A stretch of DNA of 58,070 nt from Gammaproteobacteria bacterium (GTDB lineage: Bacteria > Pseudomonadota > Gammaproteobacteria > Steroidobacterales > Steroidobacteraceae). Below the pieces are notes generated by a model. That model did not search any database, had not been told where the DNA came from, and saw only the letters and a list, made by a program, of their open reading frames with translations. The position numbers and the translations under genes are program-made. Positions 1-11,929 of the stretch are shown here, piece by piece. The stretch spans positions 1-58,070 of the forward strand of contig DAHUXE010000057.1 of NCBI GenBank assembly GCA_027307325.1, in the 5' to 3' direction. Numbering within the stretch: position 1 is the first letter of the stretch; each line of letters starts with the position of its first letter.

Positions 1-200
1 CCCCGCTTCAGGCCCTCGGACGCGCCCATGGCGATGGTGCGCACCACACCGTCGCCGAGCTGCTGCTGCACCTCGAGAGTCAGGTCCGCGTCCTTGAGCT
101 TCAGCGCCTCATAGATGCGCGGAATCGACTCGCGCGGAAACTCGACGTCGATGACGGCGCCGATGATCTGGGTAATCTTTCCCTCGCCGGGAGTGGCCAT
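1..200 (-). CDS. atpD: F1 ATP synthase beta subunit, N-terminal fragment (gene continues past window start)
   Basis: Minus-strand ATG at 200; my translation [35 protein letters not shown]... matches the beta-subunit N-terminus; lies directly downstream of atpG. Confidence 0.85.
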   Translation of the reverse strand, partial: MATPGEGKITQIIGAVIDVEFPRESIPRIYEALKLKDADLTLEVQQQLGDGVVRTIAMGASEGLKR

Positions 201-211
201 GGTGCTTGTCC

Positions 212-1072
212 TCAAACCGCTGCAGCGCCGCCCACGATCTCCGAAAGCTCTTTCGTGATCGCAGCCTGACGGGCCTTGTTGTAGATCAATTGCAATTCGC
301 TGATGAGCTTGCCGGCGTTGTCGGAGGCCGCCTTCATGGCGACCATGCGCGCCGCCATCTCGGAGGCGACGTTCTCGACCGCGGCACGATAGACCTGCGA
401 CTCGATGTAGCGCATGAGGAGCCCGTCGAGGATGCCGGCGGCATCCGGCTCATAGATATAGTCCCAGTGCTCCTGCAGCCCTTCGGTATCGAGCGCCTCG
501 ATCGGCAGCAGCTGCTGCGCCACCGGCTTCTGCGTCATGGTGTTGACGAACTGCGCGTTCACCAGCAGCAGCCGGTCGAGCTCGCCGTTGCGGTAGCCGT
601 CGAGCATCACCTTGACCGTACCGATGAGGTCCTTGACATGCGGCTTGTCGCCGAGGTGCGTGACGTTGGCGAGGATCGGCAGGGAGAGTCGCCTGAAGAA
701 GTTGAGTGCCTTGGTGCCGATCAGGCACAGACTCACCGTCGCGCCCTTCCCCTGCCACTCGCGGATCAGCTTCAGGGTCTCGCGGAACACGTTGGCATTC
801 AGCGCGCCGGCGAGCCCGCGATCGGAGGAGATGACGATGATGCCGACCGCCTTCGCCTCGCGGGTCACGAGGAAGGGATGGCGGTAGTCGGGATTGGCCT
901 CGGTGAGGTGGCCGATCACCTCCAGCATGCGCCGCGCATACGGCCGGGCCAGCTTCATGCGCTCCTGCGCGCGGCGCATCTTGCTGGTCGCCACCATCTG
1001 CATCGCCTTGGTGATCTTCTGAGTGCTCTTGACACTCGCGATCTTGGCGCGGATTTCCTTGGTGCCGGGCAT
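212..1072 (-). CDS. atpG: F1 ATP synthase gamma subunit
   Basis: 286-aa ORF; N-terminus [28 protein letters not shown] and C-terminus [15 protein letters not shown] are typical of gamma; operon position. Confidence 0.95.
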   Translation of the reverse strand: MPGTKEIRAKIASVKSTQKITKAMQMVATSKMRRAQERMKLARPYARRMLEVIGHLTEANPDYRHPFLVTREAKAVGIIVISSDRGLAGALNANVFRETLKLIREWQGKGATVSLCLIGTKALNFFRRLSLPILANVTHLGDKPHVKDLIGTVKVMLDGYRNGELDRLLLVNAQFVNTMTQKPVAQQLLPIEALDTEGLQEHWDYIYEPDAAGILDGLLMRYIESQVYRAAVENVASEMAARMVAMKAASDNAGKLISELQLIYNKARQAAITKELSEIVGGAAAV

Positions 1073-1077
1073 TGCGG

Positions 1078-2619
<1,542 letters not shown>

Positions 2620-2628
2620 GTGCGTTCC

Positions 2629-3165
2629 TCAGGCAGTCAGTTCGTAGGCGATGCGCTCGAGGCGCGTACGGAGCGATCCGTCGATCACCAGGTCGCCGCT
2701 CCTCACCACCGCGCCGCCGATCAGGGCGGCATCGGTCGCGCAGTGCAGGCGTACCGTGCGCTTCAGGCGCCGCTCGAGCGCGGCCGACAGCGCCTTGCGC
2801 TGCCCGGCATCGAGCGGAGCCGCGGACGTGACGGTGACGTCCGCGACTCCCTGCTCGGCGTCCTTCAGCGTGTCGAAGAGCGCCGCGATCTCCGGCAGCA
2901 CCTTGAGGCGCCGGTTGGCGGCGAGGGTGCGCACGAAGTTTACGCCCTCATCCCCGAGCTTCGGTCCCGCAATGCCGCTCACGAGCTGCGCGAGCTCCTC
3001 CGGCGTCACGTGCGGATTGCCGAGCAGCGCCGCGACGCGCGCATCGGCGACCACCGCGGCAGCGACGTGCAGCGCCTCCGACCAGGGCTCGAGCCGCTGC
3101 GCCGCGCGTGCCTCCTCGAAGGCCGCGCGGGCGTAGGGCCGGGCGATGGTGGTCTTGTCCGCCAT
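2629..3165 (-). CDS. atpH: F1 ATP synthase delta (OSCP) subunit
   Basis: 178-aa ORF between atpF and atpA; delta-like sequence. Confidence 0.9.
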   Translation of the reverse strand: MADKTTIARPYARAAFEEARAAQRLEPWSEALHVAAAVVADARVAALLGNPHVTPEELAQLVSGIAGPKLGDEGVNFVRTLAANRRLKVLPEIAALFDTLKDAEQGVADVTVTSAAPLDAGQRKALSAALERRLKRTVRLHCATDAALIGGAVVRSGDLVIDGSLRTRLERIAYELTA

Positions 3166-3175
3166 GAGGGTCGCT

Positions 3176-3646
3176 TCAGACCTCGGCGGCGAGCTTGTCG
3201 AGCAGCTCGGCGTGCTTCTTCGCGTCGATCTCGCGCCCGAGGAGCCTGGCGGCGGCGGCGACCGCGATGCCCGCCACCTCGCGGCGCAGAGTCTCGCGCG
3301 CGCGTGTGGCGTCCAGCTGGATCTGCTGCTGCGCGGCGGCGATGAGGCGCCCGCCTTCGGTGCCGGCGGTGCTCCTCGCCTGCTCTACCAGGTCGTTGGC
3401 GCGGTGCTGCGCGTGATCGATGATCTGGTTGGCGCGCTCGCGCGCTTCGCGCACGATAGTCTCGGCCTTGCCACGCGCCGCCGCGAGCTCCTGCTCGCCC
3501 TGCTCGGCGGCCGCGAGACCCTGCGCGATCTTCCTGGCGCGCTCCTCCATGGCTGAGAGGATGTGGGGCCAGATCCATTTCATCGTGCCGAAGATCAGCA
3601 GGGCGAACACGAGCATCTGCACGATGAGCGTGAGATTGATGTTCAC
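3176..3646 (-). CDS. atpF: Fo ATP synthase b subunit
   Basis: 156 aa; N-terminal TM helix followed by a long charged helix; operon position. Confidence 0.9.
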   Translation of the reverse strand: MNINLTLIVQMLVFALLIFGTMKWIWPHILSAMEERARKIAQGLAAAEQGEQELAAARGKAETIVREARERANQIIDHAQHRANDLVEQARSTAGTEGGRLIAAAQQQIQLDATRARETLRREVAGIAVAAAARLLGREIDAKKHAELLDKLAAEV

Positions 3647-3689
3647 GGTGCGTAACTCCCGTCCCGAAGGGTTCGGCTGCCGCTGTCGA

Positions 3690-3959
<270 letters not shown>

Positions 3960-4015
3960 TCAGACTCTCCTCGAAAAAACCAGAAAAAACCTCTGCAGCC
4001 GCCGCCGATGCGCCT

Positions 4016-5330
<1,315 letters not shown>

Positions 5331-5515
5331 CTTATATAAGTCCCGCTCGAGGGGCTCAAAAGAGCCGCTGTTCCTGCGCTTTGAGCACGGCGCAAGCGGC
5401 TTACTTAACCCGGCCGTTCAGTCACTTAGGTGACGTCGGCGAAAAAAGCCGCGGGATTATAGAGAGCGCGTGCACGGCAGTCCACAGCGCTTCTACCTAT
5501 TGTGTCCGCGCCGCG

Positions 5516-6412
5516 CTAATGAATGTGCGCGAGGATCCCGTCGAGCTCGTCCAGGCTGTTGAAGCTCACGACGAGCTTGCCGCGGCCTTTGACCGAGTGC
5601 TGGATCGCAACCTGGGCGCCGAGCTTCTCGGCGAGCTCCTGCTCGAGCCGCTCGACGTTCGGGTCGCGGGGCGGCTCACCGTCGCCGTCGGTGCCGTGCA
5701 CGGTCGGGACGGTGAGGCGCCGCACCAGCGCCTCGGTCTCGCGCACCGAGAGCCCCTTCTTGGCCACGAGCACGGCGACCTCGGTCTGCTGGCGGCGGCC
5801 GCCGAGGGAGAGCAGCGCCCGCGCGTGTCCCATCTCGAGCGAGCGGTGCTCGACCAGGTCGCAGACTTCCCCCGGCAGCTCGAGGAGGCGCAGCAGATTG
5901 CTGACCCCGGCGCGCGAGCGCCCGACGGAGTCGGCCGCCTCCTGGTGCGTGAGCCCGAACTCGGTGATCAGGCGGGTGAGCGCGCGCGCCTCCTCGAGGG
6001 GATTCAGGTTCTCGCGCTGGATGTTCTCGATGAGGGCCACGGCGATCGCGGTCGAGTCCGGGATGCGGCGGATCACGGCGGGGATCTCGGCGAGGCCCGC
6101 CATCTGCGCCGCCCGCCAGCGGCGCTCGCCGGCGATGATTTCGTAGCGCTGCGGGCCGCCGGGCGCACCCCCGGCTGCGGGCTCGAGCGCCCGCACCACG
6201 ATGGGCTGCACCACGCCCTGGGCCTTGATGGAGTCGGCGAGCTCGGTGAGCGTGTCCGTGCGCATGTCGGTACGCGGCTGGTAGCGGCCCCGCTGCAGCA
6301 CATCGAGCGGCAGCTTCGCGAGCTCCTCGCCGGAGCCGGGCGCGACGGTGGGACGCGCGACCGCCGTGCCGAGCAGATCCGCGAGCCCTCTGCCGAGCGT
6401 GGGTTTCCTCAT
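5516..6412 (-). CDS. parB: Chromosome partitioning protein ParB
   Basis: Start at MRKPTLGRGLADLLG; ParB box IIAGERRWRAA; HTH GLTHQEAADSVGRSRAGVSNLLRLL. Confidence 0.9.
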   Translation of the reverse strand: MRKPTLGRGLADLLGTAVARPTVAPGSGEELAKLPLDVLQRGRYQPRTDMRTDTLTELADSIKAQGVVQPIVVRALEPAAGGAPGGPQRYEIIAGERRWRAAQMAGLAEIPAVIRRIPDSTAIAVALIENIQRENLNPLEEARALTRLITEFGLTHQEAADSVGRSRAGVSNLLRLLELPGEVCDLVEHRSLEMGHARALLSLGGRRQQTEVAVLVAKKGLSVRETEALVRRLTVPTVHGTDGDGEPPRDPNVERLEQELAEKLGAQVAIQHSVKGRGKLVVSFNSLDELDGILAHIH

Positions 6413-6437
6413 GCGGGTCCCTCCGGTGACGTCGATC

Positions 6438-7343
6438 TCATGCACCTTTTCCCCCACCGACTGCGGCGTCGGGCGCGGCGGCGGATTCGAGCTTGGGTTC
6501 GGCGCCCTCCGCCGGGCCGCCGGTGCCGTTGCCCGCCGCGCCCGCTGGCCCGGCCGGGTGCGCTGACGAGTTCGTTTCTTCCTCACGCCGGATCATCTCC
6601 CCCGCGAGCGCGAGATATGCCAGTGCGCCGCGCGATTCTTTGTCGTGGAACAGCACCGGCTTGCCGAAGGACGGCGCCTCCGCGAGCCGGATGTTGCGCG
6701 GGATCACGGTGCGGAACACCCGGTCGCCGAAGTGGCCGATCAGCTGGCTGCTCACCTCGTTGGCTAGATTATTGCGCGGGTCGAAGAGCGTCCGCAGCAC
6801 TCCCTCGATGCTGAGGCCGGGGTTCACCGCCGCGCGGATCTGTTCCACCGTCGCGAGCAGCGCCGTCAAGCCCTCGAGCGCGTAGTACTCGCACTGCATC
6901 GGGATGAGGACGCTGTCGGCCGCCACCAGGGCGTTCACGGTGAGCATGTTGAGCGCCGGCGGGCAGTCGACGAAGATGACGTCGAAGAGCTCGCGTTGCG
7001 ATCGCAGCGCGTGCCGCAACTTGGTCTCGCGGCCGATCGGCAGGGTCATCAGGCGCACTTCCGCCGCCGTGAGCTCCTGGTTGGCGGGCAGCAGCATGTA
7101 GCCGCCGTCGGCGACCGGGATCAGCGCCGAGCTCAAGTCCGCCTCCCCGAGCAGCACGTCGCAGACGCTGCGCTCGAGCTGGGCCTTGTCGATGCCACTG
7201 CCCATGGTGGCGTTGCCCTGCGGGTCGAGGTCGATGAGCAGCACGCGCCGGCGGGTGGCGGCGAGCGAGGCGGCGAGATTGACCGCGGTGGTGGTCTTGC
7301 CGACGCCGCCCTTCTGGTTCGCGATGGCGATGACCCGATTCAT
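6438..7343 (-). CDS. parA: Chromosome partitioning ATPase ParA/Soj
   Basis: Start at [18 protein letters not shown] (deviant Walker A); Gly/Ala/Pro-rich C-terminal tail. Confidence 0.9.
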   Translation of the reverse strand: MNRVIAIANQKGGVGKTTTAVNLAASLAATRRRVLLIDLDPQGNATMGSGIDKAQLERSVCDVLLGEADLSSALIPVADGGYMLLPANQELTAAEVRLMTLPIGRETKLRHALRSQRELFDVIFVDCPPALNMLTVNALVAADSVLIPMQCEYYALEGLTALLATVEQIRAAVNPGLSIEGVLRTLFDPRNNLANEVSSQLIGHFGDRVFRTVIPRNIRLAEAPSFGKPVLFHDKESRGALAYLALAGEMIRREEETNSSAHPAGPAGAAGNGTGGPAEGAEPKLESAAAPDAAVGGGKGA

Positions 7344-7456
7344 GGGGCGACAGTGTACTTCACGCCGCCCGCGCACTGGCCCCGGCAGCGGGTGTTTGCG
7401 CGTCGCGACAGGCGTAGCGGCCGTCACGGACCGTCAGCGGGGGCTCAAGCGCTCCT

Positions 7457-8524
7457 TCAGGCCACGAGCCGGCGGGCCTCGCCCTGAGGGCCGAGGCGCT
7501 CGCGCGCCATCCGGTCGGCAACCTCGTTGGTAGCCCGGCTCTCGCGGCGCGCGCGCTCGAAGATCTCGGTGAGCCTTGCGGGGATGCCGTGGATGTCCTC
7601 GACGACCTGCGCCTCGGTGCCACCGTAGTACTCGCGCGCCACGTTGATGATTCCGCCGGCGGTGATCACGTAATCCGGTGCGTAGAGGATGCCGGCGGCA
7701 CGCAGGGCCTCACCGTCCTCGAGGCTCGCCAGCTGGTTGTTGGCGGCGCCGGCCACCACCGGCACCCGCAGCGTACGGATCGAGCGGGCGTTGAGTACCG
7801 CGCCGAGCGCGCAGGGAGCGAGCACGTCGGCTTCGCTCCCGAGCAGGTCGGCGGCCGCTACCGGCGTCGCCCTGAACTCGTCGCACGCCCGTGCGAGCGC
7901 TTCCGGCAGCACGTCGGCGACCTTGAGCTGTGCGCCGGCAGCGGCCAGCAGGCCGCACAGGTGAGAGCCGACGCCGCCCGCGCCCTGCACGGCGATCGTG
8001 AGTCCGGCGAGATCGGTGCGCCCGAGCCGGAATTTCACCGCCGCCCGGATGCCGAGGAACACGCCGAGCGCGGTCTTCGGGGCCGGGTCGCCGCCGACCT
8101 CGCCGGGTGCGCGGCCGAGCCCGGCTACATACCTGGTGACGCGGGCCACGTGGGCCATGTCGGCGGTGGTGGTGCCGACATCCTCGGCCGTGACGTAGCG
8201 CCCGCGGAGCGAATCGACCATCCGCCCGAAGGCGGCGAAGAGCTCCGGGGTCTTGGCGGTGCGCGCATCGCCGACGATGACGGCCTTGCCGCCGCCGAAG
8301 GGCAGGCCCGCCATGGCGTTCTTGTAGCTCATGCCGCGCGAGAGGCGCAGCACGTCCGCAGCCGCCTCGGTCGCTGTCGGGTAGGGCCACATGCGGCAGC
8401 CCCCGGCGGCGGGCCCGAGGACGGTCGAGTGGATGGCGATGATGGCGCGCAGGCCGGTCGGTGCGTCATGTCCGAAGATCACCAGCTCGTGGCCGTCGAA
8501 CTCAGGCATTTCGAAGATTTCCAT
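7457..8524 (-). CDS. Leu/Phe/Val-type amino-acid dehydrogenase (Glu/Leu/Phe/Val dehydrogenase family)
   Basis: 355 aa; GGCRMWPY and GLPFGGGKAVI motifs; Rossmann GAGGVG. Confidence 0.85.
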   Translation of the reverse strand: MEIFEMPEFDGHELVIFGHDAPTGLRAIIAIHSTVLGPAAGGCRMWPYPTATEAAADVLRLSRGMSYKNAMAGLPFGGGKAVIVGDARTAKTPELFAAFGRMVDSLRGRYVTAEDVGTTTADMAHVARVTRYVAGLGRAPGEVGGDPAPKTALGVFLGIRAAVKFRLGRTDLAGLTIAVQGAGGVGSHLCGLLAAAGAQLKVADVLPEALARACDEFRATPVAAADLLGSEADVLAPCALGAVLNARSIRTLRVPVVAGAANNQLASLEDGEALRAAGILYAPDYVITAGGIINVAREYYGGTEAQVVEDIHGIPARLTEIFERARRESRATNEVADRMARERLGPQGEARRLVA

Positions 8525-8589
8525 GGCTTACGCAGCCTACGCGGGATGGCTGCACCAGGTACCACAAGAGTTGCTACTGAGGCGTTCAT

Positions 8590-8609
8590 GGTGAAATATA
8601 TGTTTCACC
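8590..8609. promoter_or_regulatory. AT-rich palindrome GGTGAAA-N6-TTTCACC in the divergent dehydrogenase/lrp intergenic region (candidate Lrp-type operator or promoter element)
   Basis: Read directly: ggtgaaatatatgtttcacc; the only AT-rich stretch in this GC-rich spacer. Confidence 0.35.
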
Positions 8610-8626
8610 ATTGATGCACAGCCGAT

Positions 8627-9106
8627 ATGAACATTTCACATGATCTGACCCGCAGCGACCTCCGCATCCTCGATCTCATCCAGGAGCACGGGGATCTCTC
8701 GGCCGCCGAGATCGGTGAGCGCCTCGGGATGAGCGCCTCCACCTGCTGGCGGCGCATCTGCCGCCTCACCGAGCTCGGCGTCATCAAGCGCCGCGTGGCC
8801 GTGCTCGAGCGCGAGAAGGTGGGGCTTTCGGTCATGGTGTTCTCGCACGTGAAGCTCATCAGTCACGGGCGCGATGCGCTGCTCAAGTTCGAGCAGGCGG
8901 TGCGCGCGCACCCCGAGATCCTGGAGTGCTACACCCTGATGGGCGAGACGGACTTCCTGCTGCGCATCGTGTGCCGCGACATCAAGGCGTACGAGGCGTT
9001 GTTCCTCGATCACCTGTCGCGCTTCCCCGGCGTGCAGTCGGTCAACTCCTCGATCGCGCTCGCGGTCATCAAGGAGACGACCGCGTTGCCGCTGCATCTC
9101 AGTTAA
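8627..9106 (+). CDS. Lrp/AsnC family transcriptional regulator
   Basis: 159 aa; N-terminal HTH (LDLIQEHGDLSAAEIGERLGMSASTCWRRI) plus C-terminal RAM/AsnC domain; divergent from the dehydrogenase. Confidence 0.9.
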   Translation: MNISHDLTRSDLRILDLIQEHGDLSAAEIGERLGMSASTCWRRICRLTELGVIKRRVAVLEREKVGLSVMVFSHVKLISHGRDALLKFEQAVRAHPEILECYTLMGETDFLLRIVCRDIKAYEALFLDHLSRFPGVQSVNSSIALAVIKETTALPLHLS

Positions 9107-9168
9107 CCACCCGCAACCCGCCCGCTGTTCAGCTGTGCGGTGGGCCTGCTGAAATCGCCGCAGCGATT

Positions 9169-9798
9169 TCAGCCGGTAGACATAGACAGGATCAGTACAC
9201 AGCGCTCGGCGTCCAGGCCGGGGACTTCGATGGTGCGCGAGCCGGTAAGACGCCAGGGCGCCGGCAGCTTCTCGAGCTCATCGCCGGGCCAGCGCCCCTT
9301 CATGGCGAGCACGCGGGTTGCCGGCCCGCACAGCGGCGCAAGCTGCGCGAGGAGCTTTGGCAGCGGCGCCAGCGCGCGCGCCGTGACGGTATCGAACGGC
9401 GGCTGCGGGCGCAGCGCCTCGGCGCGCGCCTTGAGCGCCGTCACGTTGCCGAGCGCGAGCGCCGCCGCCGCGTGCGCGACGAAACGCACCTTCTTGCCGT
9501 TCGAGTCGATGAGCGTGAACTGCCGCGAGGGGTTCGCGATCGCGAGCGGCAGCCCGGGGAAGCCCGCGCCCGTGCCCACATCCGCGATGCGCGCGCCGGC
9601 GAGGTCCGGGCTGATCGACAGGCTGTCGAGCAGGTGATGGGTGATCATCTCCTCGCGGCTGTCGATGGCGGTGAGGTTGTAGCTGCGGTTCCAGCGCTCG
9701 AGCTCATCGAGCAGCGTGAGGAGGCGTGCCGCCTGCGCGGCTGCCAGGGGGACCCCGAGAAGCGCGGCATCGCGCACGAGACGCTCGGCGGGGCTCAA
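9169..9798 (-). CDS. rsmG: 16S rRNA (guanine527-N7)-methyltransferase
   Basis: 209 aa; GidB-like sequence with SAM motif DVGTGAGFPGLPLA. Confidence 0.9.
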   Translation of the reverse strand: MSPAERLVRDAALLGVPLAAAQAARLLTLLDELERWNRSYNLTAIDSREEMITHHLLDSLSISPDLAGARIADVGTGAGFPGLPLAIANPSRQFTLIDSNGKKVRFVAHAAAALALGNVTALKARAEALRPQPPFDTVTARALAPLPKLLAQLAPLCGPATRVLAMKGRWPGDELEKLPAPWRLTGSRTIEVPGLDAERCVLILSMSTG

Positions 9799-9852
9799 CC
9801 TCGAGGCTCCTTGAACGATCCGGGGCGCGATTGATCATACTCGTGGACCGGT

Positions 9853-10515
9853 ATGCGACTGCTCCTGGTAGAAGACGACTCCATGATCGGCGAGGCGATC
9901 CGCGCGGGCCTGAAGCGCCTGGGGCTGGCCGTCGACTGGGTGCGCGACACCGGCGCTGCCGGCCAGGCGCTCGCCACCGAGCCCTTCGAGCTGCTGCTGC
10001 TCGACCTCGGGCTCCCGGGCGGCGACGGCCTCGGGCTCCTCAAGGAGCTGCGGGGGCGGGGCTCGAGCCTGCCGGTCCTCCTCATCACCGCGCGCGATGC
10101 GGTGGCGGACCGGGTGGCGGGACTCGATGCGGGGGCCGACGACTACCTGGTCAAGCCCTTCGATCTCGATGAGCTGGCGGCGCGCATCCGCGCATTGCTG
10201 CGCCGCAAGTCGGGACGCACCGAGCCGCACCTCGGGCACCTGGGCGTGGTGCTCGATCCCGCCACGCACCGCGTGACCCAGGACGGTGACGAAGTGGCGC
10301 TCTCGCCGCGCGAGTTCGCGCTGCTGGAGCTGCTGCTCGAGCGCCCGGGCGCGATCCTCTCGCGCGGCCAGCTCGAGGAGCGGCTCTATGGCTGGGGCGA
10401 GGAAGTGGAGAGCAACGCGGTCGAGGTCCACATCCACGGCCTGCGGCGCAAGCTCGGTGCGCGCTTCATTCTCACGGTGCGCGGAGTCGGCTATCGCCTG
10501 GGACCTGAGCCATGA
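9853..10515 (+). CDS. OmpR/PhoB-family response regulator
   Basis: 220 aa; receiver domain (LLLVEDD...LLLLDLGLPGGDG) plus winged-helix output domain. Confidence 0.9.
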   Translation: MRLLLVEDDSMIGEAIRAGLKRLGLAVDWVRDTGAAGQALATEPFELLLLDLGLPGGDGLGLLKELRGRGSSLPVLLITARDAVADRVAGLDAGADDYLVKPFDLDELAARIRALLRRKSGRTEPHLGHLGVVLDPATHRVTQDGDEVALSPREFALLELLLERPGAILSRGQLEERLYGWGEEVESNAVEVHIHGLRRKLGARFILTVRGVGYRLGPEP

Positions 10516-11828
10516 GCTCGCTGCGCGCGCGGCTGCTCGCGTGGCTGCTTGCGGGAGTGGTATTCGTGGGCGCGGCCGGCGGCTGGATCGTGTACCGCAA
10601 CGCGCTCGCCGAGGCGGACGCCTTCTTCGACTATCACCTGCGCGAGACGGCCCTGATCCTGCGCGACCAGCCGGTCGAGTACATGCTGCCGCAACAGATC
10701 GCGCCGGCGGACGCGGCCTACGACTTCGTCGTGCAGGTGTGGTCGCTCGACGGGGTGCGCGTGTACCTGTCGCGCCCGCACGCCACGCTCCCCGAGATCA
10801 CCACGCTCGGCTTCTCCACCGTGAGCACCGCGGAGGGCCGCTGGCGCGTCTACGGCGCGCAGGCGCTCACCCGCGTGATCCAGGTCGCCCAGCCGATGAG
10901 CGTACGCGAGAAGCGCGCCGCCGAGCTCGCGCTCCGCACGCTCGCGCCCTTCGCGCTGCTGCTGCCGGTGCTCGCGCTGCTGATCTGGCTCGCGGTCGGG
11001 CAGGCGTTGCGGCCGCTCGAGCGGCTCACCGGTCTCGTCAAGGCGCGCCACGTGAACGCCCTCGAGCCGCTGCCCGACGCGCGCCTCCCCGACGAGGTGC
11101 GGCCACTGGTCGGTGCGCTGAACGAGCTGCTGGCGCGGTTGCAGGCCGCGCTCGGGCGCGAGCGCGCCTTCATGGCCGACGCCGCGCACGAGCTGCGTAC
11201 GCCCCTCACGGCGCTGCATCTGCAGATGGACATGCTGGCGCGGGCGAGTGGGGAGGCCGAGCGCAGCGCCGCCATGGAGCGGCTGTCCGCGGGCGTGCAG
11301 CGCGCGATCCGCCTGGTCGAGCAGATGCTCGCGCTCGCGCGCGAGGAGCCGCGCACGCCGCCGCGGCGCGTGCCGGTCGAGCTCGCGGGGCTCGCGCGCG
11401 AGGTCCTCGCCGAGCTGCTGCCGCTCGCCGACGCGCACCACATCGACTTGGGTGTGGGCGCCGTGCAGCCGCTCACCGTGCCGGGCGACCCGGATGCGCT
11501 GCGCACGCTGCTGCGCAACCTCATCGACAACGCGGTGCGCTACGGCGGCGACGGCGGCCGTGTCGACGTCTCGGTCGAGAATGGCGGCAGCGCCGCTGCC
11601 CCGCGCGCCGAGCTCGCCGTAACCGACTCGGGGCCGGGGATCCCGCCCGAGGAGCGCGCGCGGGTAATCGACCGCTTCTACCGGCGCGCCGGCACCGCGC
11701 CCCCGGGGAGCGGCCTCGGGCTCGCGATCGTGAAGGCGATCGCGGATGCGCATGGAGCCACGCTCACGCTCGCGAGCGGTTCCGGCGGGCGGGGGCTCAA
11801 GGTCAGCGTGTCCTTCCCGCCACCCTGA
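10512..11828 (+). CDS. Sensor histidine kinase
   Basis: 438 aa; two TM segments; H-box AAHELRTPLTAL; G1 DSGPGI; G2 GSGLGLAIV; ATGA overlap with the response-regulator stop. Confidence 0.9.
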   Translation: MSSLRARLLAWLLAGVVFVGAAGGWIVYRNALAEADAFFDYHLRETALILRDQPVEYMLPQQIAPADAAYDFVVQVWSLDGVRVYLSRPHATLPEITTLGFSTVSTAEGRWRVYGAQALTRVIQVAQPMSVREKRAAELALRTLAPFALLLPVLALLIWLAVGQALRPLERLTGLVKARHVNALEPLPDARLPDEVRPLVGALNELLARLQAALGRERAFMADAAHELRTPLTALHLQMDMLARASGEAERSAAMERLSAGVQRAIRLVEQMLALAREEPRTPPRRVPVELAGLAREVLAELLPLADAHHIDLGVGAVQPLTVPGDPDALRTLLRNLIDNAVRYGGDGGRVDVSVENGGSAAAPRAELAVTDSGPGIPPEERARVIDRFYRRAGTAPPGSGLGLAIVKAIADAHGATLTLASGSGGRGLKVSVSFPPP

Positions 11829-11929
11829 GGCGCCAGCCGAATCGCCCTCTATTCGCCGGCAAAAGCCGCGCCTTTTGCCGGCGTGCCACGTCCAGTAAGT
11901 CGCGTGGCCTGCCGGGAGGGCCGCAGGCC

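Noticed and set aside
5331-5515. oriC/DnaA boxes or parS near the parAB-atp junction
   Set aside because: The spacer is somewhat AT-richer, but I could not find a TTATCCACA-type cluster or a TGTTNCACGTGAAACA parS palindrome by eye. A motif scan would be needed.
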